Source: Microcoleus sp. (GTDB lineage Bacteria > Cyanobacteriota > Cyanobacteriia > Cyanobacteriales > Microcoleaceae). Taken from it: 64,000 bases of DNA. The notes beneath the pieces are model-generated. The model had not been told where the DNA came from and did not search any database. It saw only the letters and a program-made list of their open reading frames with translations. Positions 32,785-43,983 of this stretch are shown here, one piece after another (within the stretch, counting starts at the first letter, position 1; each line of letters begins with the position of its first letter). The stretch is from assembly GCA_052279835.1 (NCBI GenBank), contig CP181291.1:6208001-6272000 (forward strand). Reading direction: 5' to 3'. Made by a program: the position numbers and the translations under genes.

Positions 32785-32822
32785 CCAATAACCAATAACT
32801 AATAACAAATAACCAATAACAA
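32783..32822. repeat. STRR heptamer repeat (taaccaa)n
   Basis: taaccaataaccaataactaataacaaataaccaataac. Confidence 0.75.
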
Positions 32823-32827
32823 TTAAA

Positions 32828-33706
32828 TTACCTCCAAGCTAGTTTGGCAGCCCCTACCATCCCTGCTTGATTTCCCAATTCAGCTACCAATAACTGCAAA
32901 TCTTCCCTAGAACTGGGGAGAACCCGTCGCTCTATTTCTGCCATAACCGCCGGGAAAAAAAACTCTGCACCTGCACTAATTCCGCCACCGATAATAATAG
33001 CTTCCGGCGTTAAAACATAAATGAGACTTGCCAAACCTATACCGAGATAACGACCATAATTTTGCCAATATTCTACAGATGCGGCATCTCCCGATTTTGC
33101 TAAATTTGCTAATTCTAGCGGTTCTAAACCAGTTTCGCGACGAATTGCTTGCACTGAAACATACTGTTCTAAGGAACCACTATTGCCGCTGTTGCATTCC
33201 GGGCCATCGGGATTGATGGTAATTAATCCTAACTCGCCGGCGGCACCTTGATGACCTGAAAATAGTTTGCCATCTAGGATAACTGCACCCCCGACACCAG
33301 TACCTAATGTGAGTAAAATTAAGTTGTTAAAATGGCGCCCTGCACCTAACCAAGCTTCTCCTAATCCAGCACAGTTAGCGTCATTTGCTAATATTGTGGG
33401 CAGTCCGGTTTTGGCTTCCAACCAATCAGCTAGGGGAACGTTGTGCCAGTTTGTGAGGTTAATGGCGACTCTGGCGATTCTCCCAGCCGCGTCTGCGGGG
33501 CCTGGGGTGCCGATGCCGATCGCCTTTACAGCATTTTCCACTGGATTGAGTTGAGAAATTGCGTCTACCATTGTCGCTAAAACCGCTTCTGGTGTGGCGG
33601 GTTGAGGCGTTGGTACTGTTAAGGATTGATGGCAAATTCCCTCGGCGCTGAATCTGCCGAGTTTGATGGCGGTGCCGCCTAAGTCAATGCCGATTACTTG
33701 TGTCAT
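32828..33706 (-). CDS. ROK-family sugar kinase (glucokinase-like)
   Basis: IGIDLGGT, NDANCAGLGE, TLGTGVGG, AGELG, C.SGN.GSLE. Confidence 0.93.
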   Translation of the reverse strand: MTQVIGIDLGGTAIKLGRFSAEGICHQSLTVPTPQPATPEAVLATMVDAISQLNPVENAVKAIGIGTPGPADAAGRIARVAINLTNWHNVPLADWLEAKTGLPTILANDANCAGLGEAWLGAGRHFNNLILLTLGTGVGGAVILDGKLFSGHQGAAGELGLITINPDGPECNSGNSGSLEQYVSVQAIRRETGLEPLELANLAKSGDAASVEYWQNYGRYLGIGLASLIYVLTPEAIIIGGGISAGAEFFFPAVMAEIERRVLPSSREDLQLLVAELGNQAGMVGAAKLAWR

Positions 33707-33761
33707 GGAGTTTGTGATTTTTAGTGTGATATTCTAACAAGCAATTGATATTTTCAGCAAC

Positions 33762-34304
33762 TTATTCTTCCCCGTCAACACCCAAACCATCTCCTATAAA
33801 CACCGCTTCAATCACCATCCCCTTCTCACCATCATCCTCCTGGGGCGGTAGGGGAAATCTTGCTAAGATCTCCTGACTAATGTTCCTGGCAACATTTCCT
33901 AATTCCCCGTCACGAATTCTACTCAATAACAGTAGCCGGCACGCCAATTCCTGAAGTGATGCAACTGATGAATTTGGATTCAGGTTCTCATCAATGTTCC
34001 TAGTCGGGATTTCAATCCTTTCTGAATCGACAGATTCGGCGTTTGCTAACAAATTTTCGCCAAATCGACGCAGCCAAGTTGCTAATTCTGAATCTTTCAG
34101 ACGTTTTGCTATCAGAAATCCGGCGACATCTCCTCTACTCCAACTTTGATTTACTCCTTCTAGAAGTTCCATGAATTTCGCCTCGTATTCTGTGTCTGTC
34201 AGGGTTGGTGGCTGGGGCTTTTCTGGTGTTGGAGGATTGGATGATTGGGTTTTGAATAGTCGCTGAATTAGTTGTTTGAGGAATTGCCAAATTTTGTTTA
34301 GCAT
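33762..34304 (-). CDS. Hypothetical protein
   Basis: 180-aa ORF co-oriented with neighbours; amphipathic N-terminus and Pro-rich linker. Confidence 0.7.
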   Translation of the reverse strand: MLNKIWQFLKQLIQRLFKTQSSNPPTPEKPQPPTLTDTEYEAKFMELLEGVNQSWSRGDVAGFLIAKRLKDSELATWLRRFGENLLANAESVDSERIEIPTRNIDENLNPNSSVASLQELACRLLLLSRIRDGELGNVARNISQEILARFPLPPQEDDGEKGMVIEAVFIGDGLGVDGEE

Positions 34305-34327
34305 TTGTGGGGTACAGATAGTTCGAT

Positions 34328-35542
34328 CTACTTTAAAAGCGGATAATACAGTTCTCCGGTTGAGTTGATGAAGCCGGCTCGATCGCCCGCCAAGTTTCCT
34401 GTTCCCATAAATACGTCTACTCTGCCAGCACCTTTGATTGCACCGCCTGTGTCTTGATCTAAAACGTACCGATTTACTTGGTTTTGTTCGAGTTTTCCTT
34501 CTGCATTGGGGTAGGGAAGTTTGGTACTAATTAGTGCTAGGGCCCCCGGTGGCATTAAGGATTTGTCGGTGGCGATCGACCTTTCGGCAGTTACTGGCAC
34601 TCCCAGGCTTCCTATGGCGGGAGATCCTTGAGTGTCCCGGAAGAATACAAAGCTTTGATTCTTTGGCAAATACTTGTTCATTTCTTCGGGAAAGTTGGCA
34701 AAATATTCTGTTAGTTTTGGCAAGTTTAACTGTTCTAAAGTAAACTTTCCGTCTTTAACTAATTCTCGCCCAACTCCTGTATAACTGTGACTTGTTTTCC
34801 CGGCAAAACCCACTGTCATGACATCACCATCTGGGAGCTGCAATTTCGCAGAACCTTGGACGTGAATTAGAAATGCTTGGAAGCGATCGCGCAACCAAAC
34901 TAATTCTAATCCGCGCAACAATCCTTTGCTTCCCTGCAAAGCATCTGCCCCTTCTAATTCCAATCTTGTGGGGTGAGGTTTTGGCCAAGACGCGATGTTT
35001 GGTGGCACGCGATAAAGGGGATATCGATATTCGGCTGTCTGGGTTCTTGAGGCGGCGTAAATAGGCTCAAAATAACCGGTAAATGCTACAGTGCCTTGGC
35101 CGTCTTTGCCGATGGATTTGTAAAATACAAATTCCCGCTTGACAGATGCTTGAAGTTGTGATGGCGTGGTAGAGTTGACAACTAATTGTCGAAAGCGATC
35201 GAGGGAACGGCGGACTCGATCGCGCGTAATTCCTGCTACTTGATACCGTCGGTAAGCATTAGCTGCTGCTGCGCTATCGAGATAACCTAGGCTGTAGTCG
35301 ATCGACTTTAATAACGAGGCTTTGTCTCCCGGTTTGCCCTCAACGCCCCAAATTTGAGCATCCAAGGCGATCGACTCCGATTCACTTGCTGATAGCTGAG
35401 TCAAACTAACTGGTTGTAGCGGGGAAACTGCCATCACCGGGGCATTAAAGGCGATCGCCAAAACGCAACAGGCGATCGTCAATAACTGATACCTAAAAAT
35501 TTTACTCAATTTCCATCGTCCCTTATTCATCGTATCTTTCAA
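34328..35542 (-). CDS. mltA: MltA-family lytic murein transglycosylase (3D domain)
   Basis: FTGYFEP, YPLY, IHVQGS, SFVFF, SIATD, DQDTGGAIKG.GRVDVFMG. Confidence 0.93.
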   Translation of the reverse strand: MKDTMNKGRWKLSKIFRYQLLTIACCVLAIAFNAPVMAVSPLQPVSLTQLSASESESIALDAQIWGVEGKPGDKASLLKSIDYSLGYLDSAAAANAYRRYQVAGITRDRVRRSLDRFRQLVVNSTTPSQLQASVKREFVFYKSIGKDGQGTVAFTGYFEPIYAASRTQTAEYRYPLYRVPPNIASWPKPHPTRLELEGADALQGSKGLLRGLELVWLRDRFQAFLIHVQGSAKLQLPDGDVMTVGFAGKTSHSYTGVGRELVKDGKFTLEQLNLPKLTEYFANFPEEMNKYLPKNQSFVFFRDTQGSPAIGSLGVPVTAERSIATDKSLMPPGALALISTKLPYPNAEGKLEQNQVNRYVLDQDTGGAIKGAGRVDVFMGTGNLAGDRAGFINSTGELYYPLLK

Positions 35543-35780
35543 CGCTAGAAGTAAAAATCGGTTCTACGCGAATTGCCTGAACACTGGTAGGACGAACCAC
35601 CATGTATTCGCCTTGAATATTTTTGATCGGGACATTCAGAAATTCATTGGATTCCTGCTTGGGAACCAAAACAGTGCTGTACCACTTCTGAAAATCTTGC
35701 AGCGTTGAGAAACGGACTTCTTCACGGTGGCCACCGCTCAGCAACAGATGCACGGAATATTCACTGGGAGTTCTGGGCAT
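35523..35780 (-). CDS. Small hypothetical protein
   Basis: 85-aa ORF overlapping the mltA start; protein-like composition. Confidence 0.75.
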   Translation of the reverse strand: MPRTPSEYSVHLLLSGGHREEVRFSTLQDFQKWYSTVLVPKQESNEFLNVPIKNIQGEYMVVRPTSVQAIRVEPIFTSSVERYDE

Positions 35781-36050
35781 ATTTGTATTTTAGAGTTGGG
35801 ATTTTAAGCTTTTGGAACCATTCTATCTTTTACTGGACATCTGGCATCACTAAAATTTCGGAAATTTCAGACACTTAAAACTGACAGCTATTCGCCAACG
35901 CTGACTCAAGGGCGAAGTCGAACTATCCCTACCACCCTCACAGACGATTTTGGAGGTGTTTCAGGGATTGGGGCACTCCCCCAATGACCCACGGCCAGCC
36001 AAGAAAGCTCGTTTTTTTCCCCATCTAGGGTTCCCTAGGTGCAGAAACTA

Positions 36051-37712
36051 TCATTTTCGAGTTACCAAAACCCAATCATCAACTGTGCTCACCACTTCAG
36101 CACGATCCAAATCTAGATGTTGAAACACCGGTTTTTCCAACAGGAAATAAGGTTGAGGGAGAGTTTGCCATTTCTGTTGTAGTGTGGGCGCGTCGGCGAC
36201 AATCACTTGGTGTTCGCTGTAAAAATTCAGCGATGGACGCGGGAGGCGGTGAGATGTGAATACCTCTTTACCAGCGGGGGTTCCTTGGCGGACCATTGCG
36301 GCGATCGGCTTGACTGGATAATCCTCCGCCAGTTCCCAAACCCAGTTATTTGAGGCGAACAATACTAACAATGTCACGTAAGTTCCCCAAATTAAAACTA
36401 ATAGAAACTGTCGGTCTTTACGGTGCTGTAACCAAGCTGATAGGATTGTTGTCAAAGCTACAAACAGTAGCATTAACTGTAAATCTCCCTCTGGTGGCGG
36501 CAGGCGATCGCCAAATTTTACCAGACCGCTGAAGTAAATGCAACCGACAATTGCAACTATCGCCATCACTCCAAAAATAACGGGATGAGGCAACAAAGAT
36601 ACAGCATCAAAACGTTCCTCTACTTGTGCTTTTTCCGGTGCTTCTCCCATCGACATTTGTTCCCAAACTTCGGCTAAATAGCTGCCAACTGCTAAGGCAA
36701 AAGCTGGATAAATTGGTAAAATATACCAAGGCAGTTTAGTATTCATCACCGAAATAGCTAGCAGATAAACTCCAGTCCAAACTAAAACTAATTTTGGTCC
36801 AGGAAAATTGCGATTTTCCCAGCTCAAACGCAGCCCTTGCAGCCAAAATAACTGCCACGGCCAAGGTGATTTTAACAGTTCTAAAAGATAATACCAGGGC
36901 GGGCCTTGCTGATGACTAACAGGTTCCCAAATGCGCCGGAATGATTGGTTGACTAAATTGGTGTTGATAAAGTCTTGGCCGTAGTGCAGCCATTGGGCAA
37001 AATACCAAGCAGCTACTGGGAAAGTTCCGATCGCCAATCCGCCCCAAAGATACCCAGAAGTCAGGAGTCGCGGGGTATCCCAAACCAAGAAACAAAGGGC
37101 GATCGCCCCTAGTAGCAGCCCCAACATCACGCCCTTAGTCAAACAAATGAGTCCGAAGCCCATACCGACTGCCAAAGCGTAGCGCAAATCCCGGCGCGAT
37201 CGCAGCAAACACCAGATTGTCGCTACCAAAAAACACAAAACAGCCCCGTCTAGCATCGCCAAACGCCCGTGTCGTACCACTGGTAACAGCGTCAGATAAA
37301 CTAAAGTCGAAAAAATGGCGATCGCCCGCTGGGGAAACAACTCCCTAGCAATGGCGTAAAGCAAGGGTACAGAAGTGGCTGTCAACATTGCGGGTATCAA
37401 CCTCGCTGTCCATTCGCTAACACCGCCTAGGGCGAAACACAGCCCGATCAACCAGTGTACTAGGGGAGGCTTGTTCAAATAAGGCACTCCATCCAGGGTG
37501 GGATAAAGCCAATTTAAGTTACCGCGCCAGATTTCGCGACTCACCTGGGCTGCAATAGCTTCATCCCAATCCCGCAACGGCACCCCCCCTAGATTCAGCC
37601 CGAAAATTAGTGCAGCCGCCAACATCGCCGCCAACATCCACAGTTTGTCTGTATAGTGGTCGTTTAAGCGAATTTTGGGTTGGTGATTCCCCTGTGGAAA
37701 CATTTCTGACAT
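36051..37712 (-). CDS. ArnT/PMT-like (GT39/GT83) membrane glycosyltransferase
   Basis: RDWDEA, YLNKPPL, RLAMLD, LTKG, TKLPWYILP; many TM segments. Confidence 0.9.
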   Translation of the reverse strand: MSEMFPQGNHQPKIRLNDHYTDKLWMLAAMLAAALIFGLNLGGVPLRDWDEAIAAQVSREIWRGNLNWLYPTLDGVPYLNKPPLVHWLIGLCFALGGVSEWTARLIPAMLTATSVPLLYAIARELFPQRAIAIFSTLVYLTLLPVVRHGRLAMLDGAVLCFLVATIWCLLRSRRDLRYALAVGMGFGLICLTKGVMLGLLLGAIALCFLVWDTPRLLTSGYLWGGLAIGTFPVAAWYFAQWLHYGQDFINTNLVNQSFRRIWEPVSHQQGPPWYYLLELLKSPWPWQLFWLQGLRLSWENRNFPGPKLVLVWTGVYLLAISVMNTKLPWYILPIYPAFALAVGSYLAEVWEQMSMGEAPEKAQVEERFDAVSLLPHPVIFGVMAIVAIVGCIYFSGLVKFGDRLPPPEGDLQLMLLFVALTTILSAWLQHRKDRQFLLVLIWGTYVTLLVLFASNNWVWELAEDYPVKPIAAMVRQGTPAGKEVFTSHRLPRPSLNFYSEHQVIVADAPTLQQKWQTLPQPYFLLEKPVFQHLDLDRAEVVSTVDDWVLVTRK

Positions 37713-37903
37713 AAGTTTAAAAGAGTTATTGCAGATGTGGAAGTTGGATGGAAGTCGAAACCAGCAAGAAGTCTATGTGAAAAGGCAATAAAATCAATGG
37801 CTTCAGCACTTAAATACCTCCTAAATGCGGAAAAATTTGGTATATTAGCGTCCCAAACTGAATGTAAACTTAGACAATAGTTATTTACGATCAGGCATCT
37901 TCC

Positions 37904-39397
37904 ATGAATTTACCCGTAATCATAGATATTATCATCGGCTTAGTTTTTATCTACCTGAGTTTAAGCTTGCTAGCTTCAGAAATTCAGGAATTGATTGCTA
38001 CTGTCTTGCAGTGGCGAGCCGAACATTTAAAAAAGTCCATCGAAGTGTTGATTGCTGGCGGTAACGAAGGTGTTCGGGATGAGGCTCAATTTCAGCTAGT
38101 CGGACGGTTAGCAAATTTGATTTACAGCAATCCGATAATTAACGATTTGAATCAGGGAGCGAAAGGCCCTCTCTCACAAGGATTCCGGTCTTTTACTCGC
38201 AGTTTAGGTACATTGTACCGTCGCATCACTGGTACCACAAATGTGTTTGGAGATAAATCCAGTGGGCCTTCTTACATTCCCTCCGAAAGTTTTTCGAGCA
38301 GTCTTTTGGATACTTTAAAAATTCAGGAGCTGATGCAATCTATCACCGAGACTAGATTGGAAAGATTTAAAGACCTACAGTTGGCACAAATTAAAGTTAT
38401 TGTGGATGGTCTCAATCTATCCGGGTCTACTAAACCGATTATCGAGCAAGAATTTTTGTGGTTGACTGACGAATTTAATCGCGTAGTTCAAGATTATAAA
38501 AATAATGTTACCACTTTAAAAAATAGTTTGGATAGAATGTCAGAAAAGCTCGGTTTTTATATTAATGATTCTCAGGTCTATTTGCCGGAATCTGAGCTAG
38601 AAGGGAGAGAGTTTCAACGGCAGATGGGCTTTATTAAAACTAATTTTGACAGTGAATTTGAACGCGAAACACTGCGAAAGCAACTGCAACCGAGTTTAAG
38701 CAATGTTTTAAACACTATCAGGAAAGTCAGGAAAACTCAGGAGACTGTCACAGAAATTATGGAGGAGAAAGAAGGTAGTCCGATTTATCAACAAATTCAA
38801 GCAACTGTTGATAGTATGCCAGAATCTCTGAAAAATAGTCTTTATATTTTAGCAGAGCGCGTTGAAAAAGATGGGGGAGATACTCAGGAGCAGTTGCAGC
38901 GGTTTCAGCGGGAAATTGAAATTTGGTTCGATCGCAGTATGGAGCGGGCTTCGGGGGTTTATAAGCGGAATGCTAGAGGGGTAGCTATTTTGCTCGGCAC
39001 TGCGATCGCGATCGGTGCCAATGCTGATACTGTGAATATTATTAATCGGTTGTCCAAGGATTCGATGCTGCGCTCGACTGTGAATTTGTACGCTCAGCAG
39101 TTAGTTGAAAAGAATACTCCTGCGAAATTAGATAATTTAACAAATCTCACAAAAGTTCAAAATGAAGTAGGTATAGCTTTGGATAATTTAGCAGTACCTT
39201 TCGGCTGGAGTGAACCCAATAGATTAGAAATAGACCCCGAAGGAAATGTATTGTGGCCAGCTTTTTTGGCTAAAGTTTTCGGTTGGATATTGAGTGGGGT
39301 AGCTATTTCGATGGGAGCGGTTTTTTGGTTTGATGTGCTGAGCAAGATTATCAATATTCGCAATGCAGGTAAGAAACCACCTTCGACAGATACTTGA
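37904..39397 (+). CDS. Hypothetical membrane protein
   Basis: N-terminal TM (IIGLVFIYLSLSLLASEIQE), WFDRSMERASGVYKR, C-terminal GW...MGA.FWFDVL. Confidence 0.85.
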   Translation: MNLPVIIDIIIGLVFIYLSLSLLASEIQELIATVLQWRAEHLKKSIEVLIAGGNEGVRDEAQFQLVGRLANLIYSNPIINDLNQGAKGPLSQGFRSFTRSLGTLYRRITGTTNVFGDKSSGPSYIPSESFSSSLLDTLKIQELMQSITETRLERFKDLQLAQIKVIVDGLNLSGSTKPIIEQEFLWLTDEFNRVVQDYKNNVTTLKNSLDRMSEKLGFYINDSQVYLPESELEGREFQRQMGFIKTNFDSEFERETLRKQLQPSLSNVLNTIRKVRKTQETVTEIMEEKEGSPIYQQIQATVDSMPESLKNSLYILAERVEKDGGDTQEQLQRFQREIEIWFDRSMERASGVYKRNARGVAILLGTAIAIGANADTVNIINRLSKDSMLRSTVNLYAQQLVEKNTPAKLDNLTNLTKVQNEVGIALDNLAVPFGWSEPNRLEIDPEGNVLWPAFLAKVFGWILSGVAISMGAVFWFDVLSKIINIRNAGKKPPSTDT

Positions 39398-40301
39398 TCT
39401 AGCCTATTTCCCTTGTGCATTTGGCCAATTACTAGCGTCCCTAATGACTGTTGACGGTTAACGCTTGACTTTTGACTGTTGACAGTCTCAGGTTTCAGTG
39501 AAATCACGGACAACAGAAATTCCGTGCGATCGCGGATGCACAGCCAAGAAAAATAGGCCAAAATTAAATTTGGGTGTAATCACTAAGCTACGGGTAAAAC
39601 AGAGAATATTAAGATACCCGATTTTCTATTATAAAATAATTCCCCATTGCCAGGAACATTTCACCTCACACAGAAAGTATCTCGTCATACATAGCAACAC
39701 CCAAAATGCTGAGGAGATTGTTAATTAATGATTTCAAGCTAATTGTAGCTACCTAGAACTGCGCTGCACTACTCTGAGTTGAGATAACAGAGAACCAGAG
39801 GTCAGCCAGTTAAAAAAGTGGCATAGCTGACTGTTTGAAAAAGCAAACAAAATGATTTCTTATAGCCGCCCGGTGGATGGTCCTAAGTCGGGTTTCAGTT
39901 TTTCAACTCCTAGTCAAAAGTCATGTCAATAGAGCCGGAATCGCGGTCTCCGAGCGCGATCGCCTTTTATTGAGAAGATTTACATAGCCTCTCTATCAGA
40001 CAGAATTGTGGGGTGAATCCCCCCGTGGCTGTAACCATCTGTGCCGATATTGGATACTTATTGTAGGATTTTAAAGGATAATTTTTCAGCAAAGGAACAG
40101 AAAAATGAGGGCCAATATTCGCCACCATAAATAGTTATTAATACTACTAATAAATGAAACATCAGGATAAAAAAAGACTTTAAAAAAATGGCATATCTAT
40201 TGCATTTAATTTAAGATAGGTGTTAAGGTGTAATCAAACACGACTGATCGCATTACTCCCAGGCTGTATTTACCAGTAATGCCATTGATGGAGTATCAAA
40301 T

Positions 40302-43300
40302 ATGAATTCTATGTTCGCTCAAGTTAACTCACAATCAGCAGTTGAAAAACTGCCGCTACGTTCCTTAGTTTTCATTGACTCAGGCGTGGCAGACTACGAG
40401 TCCATTGCAGCCGGAGCGCTCCCAGGACAGCAAGTAATCATACTCGATCGCAACCAAAACGGCATCGAACAAATCACTTCAGAAATTGCCAAATATGCCT
40501 CTACTAATGGGGAGATCGATTCAGTACACATCATTTCTCACGGTAATTCTGGGAATCTAGAACTAGGTAACACTTCTCTAAATTCAGATAACATAGAACA
40601 ATACGCCAGTCAGTTGCAAAACTGGCAAACCGGACTGTCGGAAACAGCAGACATCATGCTCTATGGGTGCGATGTAGCATCGGGTACAGGCGCTAATTTC
40701 GTCGATCGCATTTCGGAATTAACCGGAGCCGATGTAGCAGCATCCACTAACTTAACCGGGATAGGCGGTGACTGGAATTTAGAATTTGCCAAGGGCGATA
40801 TTGAATCTCCCTTAGCCTTAAATAGTGAGGTGATGGCAAGTTACCAAGGGAATTTAGCTACCATCGTCGTTACCAATAATAACGATAGCGGAGCAGGGTC
40901 CTTAAGAGCGGCGATCGCCTCTGCTGCGGCCGGCGATACCATCACCTTCGCTCCCGGTTTAGCAAATCAAACCATCACCTTAACTAGCGGTCAACTCGAC
41001 ATTCCCGTTGGCAAAAATATCACCATTGACGGCGCGGCAGCCAGTGGTTTAACCATCAGCGGTAACAACGCCTCCCGCGCGTTTTTTGTCAATGCAAATG
41101 TAGTGACAGCTACCAATTTCACCGTCAAAAACCTGATTATTACCAACGGTAAAACAACCGAGACAGGAGGTGCGATCGGCACAACGGACGAAGTAAATCT
41201 CACAGTAGACAATGTTCAGTTCAACAACAACGTCGCCGACAAAGGCGGTGGTGCAATCTTTGGTAATTTCAACAATACGCTGACAGTAAGCAACAGTAAA
41301 TTCAACGGTAACGTAGCCACCGCAGGTAATGATGAACGGGGTGCAGGTGCGATCGGCTTTTTGAGTTTCAAAGCAATTACAGTAACCAACAGCGACTTCA
41401 CCAACAACAAAGGAATTAACGGTGGGGCAATTAACAGCCTTCAAGGCAAGCTGACCATTGACAACTCCCGATTCATCGGCAACGATACCACCGCAGCCAC
41501 TTTCGCCGCAGGTCAGCCCAATGATTTCTTAAGAGGTTTCGGCGGCGCACTTTATACCGATCGCGCCAGCAATCCGAATGAAGCTTCCGGCACAATTAAA
41601 ATCACCAAAAGTGTATTTCAAGACAACAAAGGTCGGGGCGAAGGCGGAGCAGCATATCTGTTTACCGGCACCCAAGACAGCGTAAGCATTGCAGACAGCA
41701 CCTTCCAAAACAACGAAACTTTGTCACTTCCCGGTGGAAGCGACGGGATTGGAGGCGGGTTGGTGAACTTGAGCAACGGGGTCAACAAAGGACTTACAGT
41801 CTCCAACACCACCTTTGCTGGCAACAAAGCCCCCGGTCAAGGCGGCGCAATGTGGATCATGGATGCGCCTGCCACGATTACCAACAGCACCTTTTCTGGG
41901 AACCAAATTACTGGAACTACTGACTTTTTCGGCAATGTCGGCGGTGCAATGGCTCTTTATGCCGACACCACCATCGTCAACAGCACCTTTGCAGATAATT
42001 CCGCCCGTTGGGTGGGTGGAGCAATCTCGGCTGCCGAAGGAAAGTCTGTCACTGTCAAAAACACGATCTTTGCCAACAACACGGCGGGGAATGAGTTTGG
42101 CATTCAGCAAAACACCAGCAGCGAACTAACTGACCAAGGTGGCAATTTTCAGTGGCCTGTCAAACAAACCAATAACTTCAACGATTACAATGCGACTGCA
42201 AGCATTACGATCGCAGACCCCCTCCTGGGCCCACTGCAAAATATCAACGGAGCCCTTGTCCGGCCATTGCTGACAGGAAGTCCGGCCATTGATAAAGGAG
42301 TTCCTACTGGGGCACCAGCTACAGATCAACGGGGTGTGACTCGCCCTCAAGATGGTGATACGATTCCAGGGGCGATCGTAGACAGCGGTTCCTTTGAATT
42401 TAGCGTTAATGTAGTACCCACACCGGCACCCACACCCACCCCGGCACCCACACCCACACCCACACCCACCCCGGCACCCACACCCACCCCGGCACCAACT
42501 CCCACACCCACACCCACCCCGGCACCAACTCCCACACCGGCACCGACACCCACACCGGCACCAACTCCCACACCGGCACCGACACCCACACCGGCACCAA
42601 CTCCCACACCCACACCCACACCGGCACCGACACCCACACCGGCACCAACTCCCACACCGGCACCCACACCGGCACCGACACCCACACCGGCACCAACTCC
42701 CACACCGGCACCCACACCGGCACCGACACCCACACCGGCACCTATCAGCGCACCCGAATTCAACCTTGGTGGCGTCACTCCCAACCCCGTTGACCAAACT
42801 CTCAACGGCGGTAATACTCCCGACTTCATCGTAGGTCGAGGCATTAACGAAGCCATCAACGGACTTGGCGGCAACGATACTCTTTATGGCCTGGGCGGCA
42901 ACGACAACATCGATGGCGGTGCCGATAATGATTTAATCTTGGGCAATGAAGGCACAGATTTCCTTCAAGGCGGTGCTGGTAACGATACTGTCGCAGGTGG
43001 CAAAGATAATGACACTGTTGTTGGCGGAGAGGGCAATGACTTTTTGCAGGGAGATCTAGGCAAAGATACTGTGGCTGGCGGTGTAGGAAACGATACCATT
43101 TTCGGAGGAAAAGATGACGATCTTTTGTTCGGCGAAGATGGCGACGACTACATTTTAGGCAACTTAGGAAATGACACAATTAATGCTGGAAACGGCAACG
43201 ATATTGCGTTTGGCAATGAAGGTACAGACCTGATATTTGGTCAAGCTGGAAATGACAGCCTTTACGGTGGCAAAGATAATGACACACTCTACGGCGGTGA

Positions 43301-43700
43301 AGGCAACGATTTGCTGTTCGGCAACAATGAAAATGACTTCATCGATGGAGGTGTCGGCAATGATACCTTGTATGGCGGTAAAGGTAATGATTTCCTCATC
43401 GGCGGCGATGGTAACGACTTCCTCAGCGGCGATGTTGGGGACGATACTTTGACAGGCGGTACTGGTAACGACGTGTTTTTCCTAACCCAATCGACTGGGA
43501 CTGATACGATTACTGATTTCCGTAAAGGCGAGGATTTAATTGGGTTAAATCCAAGTCTGAGTTTCAATCAACTCAGTATTACTTCCAGCAACAATCAAAC
43601 TTTAATTAGTGTGACAGGCACTGGTCAATTGTTAGCCAAGTTGAACGGTATTGCACCCAATACTCTCACCGCTAGCGATTTCACTCAAATAACAATCTAA
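40302..43700 (+). CDS. Secreted DUF4347 + beta-helix/choice-of-anchor-like + Pro/Thr linker + RTX Ca-binding repeat protein
   Basis: [45 protein letters not shown]; GGxGNDxL nonapeptides. Confidence 0.92.
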   Translation: MNSMFAQVNSQSAVEKLPLRSLVFIDSGVADYESIAAGALPGQQVIILDRNQNGIEQITSEIAKYASTNGEIDSVHIISHGNSGNLELGNTSLNSDNIEQYASQLQNWQTGLSETADIMLYGCDVASGTGANFVDRISELTGADVAASTNLTGIGGDWNLEFAKGDIESPLALNSEVMASYQGNLATIVVTNNNDSGAGSLRAAIASAAAGDTITFAPGLANQTITLTSGQLDIPVGKNITIDGAAASGLTISGNNASRAFFVNANVVTATNFTVKNLIITNGKTTETGGAIGTTDEVNLTVDNVQFNNNVADKGGGAIFGNFNNTLTVSNSKFNGNVATAGNDERGAGAIGFLSFKAITVTNSDFTNNKGINGGAINSLQGKLTIDNSRFIGNDTTAATFAAGQPNDFLRGFGGALYTDRASNPNEASGTIKITKSVFQDNKGRGEGGAAYLFTGTQDSVSIADSTFQNNETLSLPGGSDGIGGGLVNLSNGVNKGLTVSNTTFAGNKAPGQGGAMWIMDAPATITNSTFSGNQITGTTDFFGNVGGAMALYADTTIVNSTFADNSARWVGGAISAAEGKSVTVKNTIFANNTAGNEFGIQQNTSSELTDQGGNFQWPVKQTNNFNDYNATASITIADPLLGPLQNINGALVRPLLTGSPAIDKGVPTGAPATDQRGVTRPQDGDTIPGAIVDSGSFEFSVNVVPTPAPTPTPAPTPTPTPTPAPTPTPAPTPTPTPTPAPTPTPAPTPTPAPTPTPAPTPTPAPTPTPTPTPAPTPTPAPTPTPAPTPAPTPTPAPTPTPAPTPAPTPTPAPISAPEFNLGGVTPNPVDQTLNGGNTPDFIVGRGINEAINGLGGNDTLYGLGGNDNIDGGADNDLILGNEGTDFLQGGAGNDTVAGGKDNDTVVGGEGNDFLQGDLGKDTVAGGVGNDTIFGGKDDDLLFGEDGDDYILGNLGNDTINAGNGNDIAFGNEGTDLIFGQAGNDSLYGGKDNDTLYGGEGNDLLFGNNENDFIDGGVGNDTLYGGKGNDFLIGGDGNDFLSGDVGDDTLTGGTGNDVFFLTQSTGTDTITDFRKGEDLIGLNPSLSFNQLSITSSNNQTLISVTGTGQLLAKLNGIAPNTLTASDFTQITI
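42416..42743 (+). repeat. Coding Pro-Thr/Pro-Ala tandem repeat linker
   Basis: (PTPA/PTPT)n encoded by cccacaccggca-type repeats. Confidence 0.9.
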
Positions 43701-43756
43701 CGGCGTTAGATGTCCCAGTTTTAACTGGTGCAGAAACTACGCCAAACATCTAAATC

Positions 43757-43847
43757 AGGACTGACGCACTCACTACGATTTTACGTCCTTACGAAAATCA
43801 CAAACTAATCGCCAAGGATTATTTTTCGTCACGAGTGCGTCAGTCCT
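43757..43847. mobile_element. MITE-like element with AGGACT(G/T)ACGCA termini
   Basis: 15-bp IR aggactgacgcactc / gagtgcgtcagtcct. Confidence 0.7.
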
Positions 43848-43983
43848 AAACTTTGTAGAAATCATGAAAATAGGAACATCTACTCCTCTCTAACTCTGTG
43901 TTCTCTGTGTTCTCTGTGGTTCCTAAAAAAAATCTCATTGTTGTATCTACCACCAAACCGAAAAAATCTCATAGGTATACGAA

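Noticed and set aside
42126..42874. Minus-strand ORFs rich in CGCRC, GVGAG and VPVW repeats (also 45928-46408)
   Set aside because: Shadow frames of the Pro/Thr linker repeats in the RTX genes
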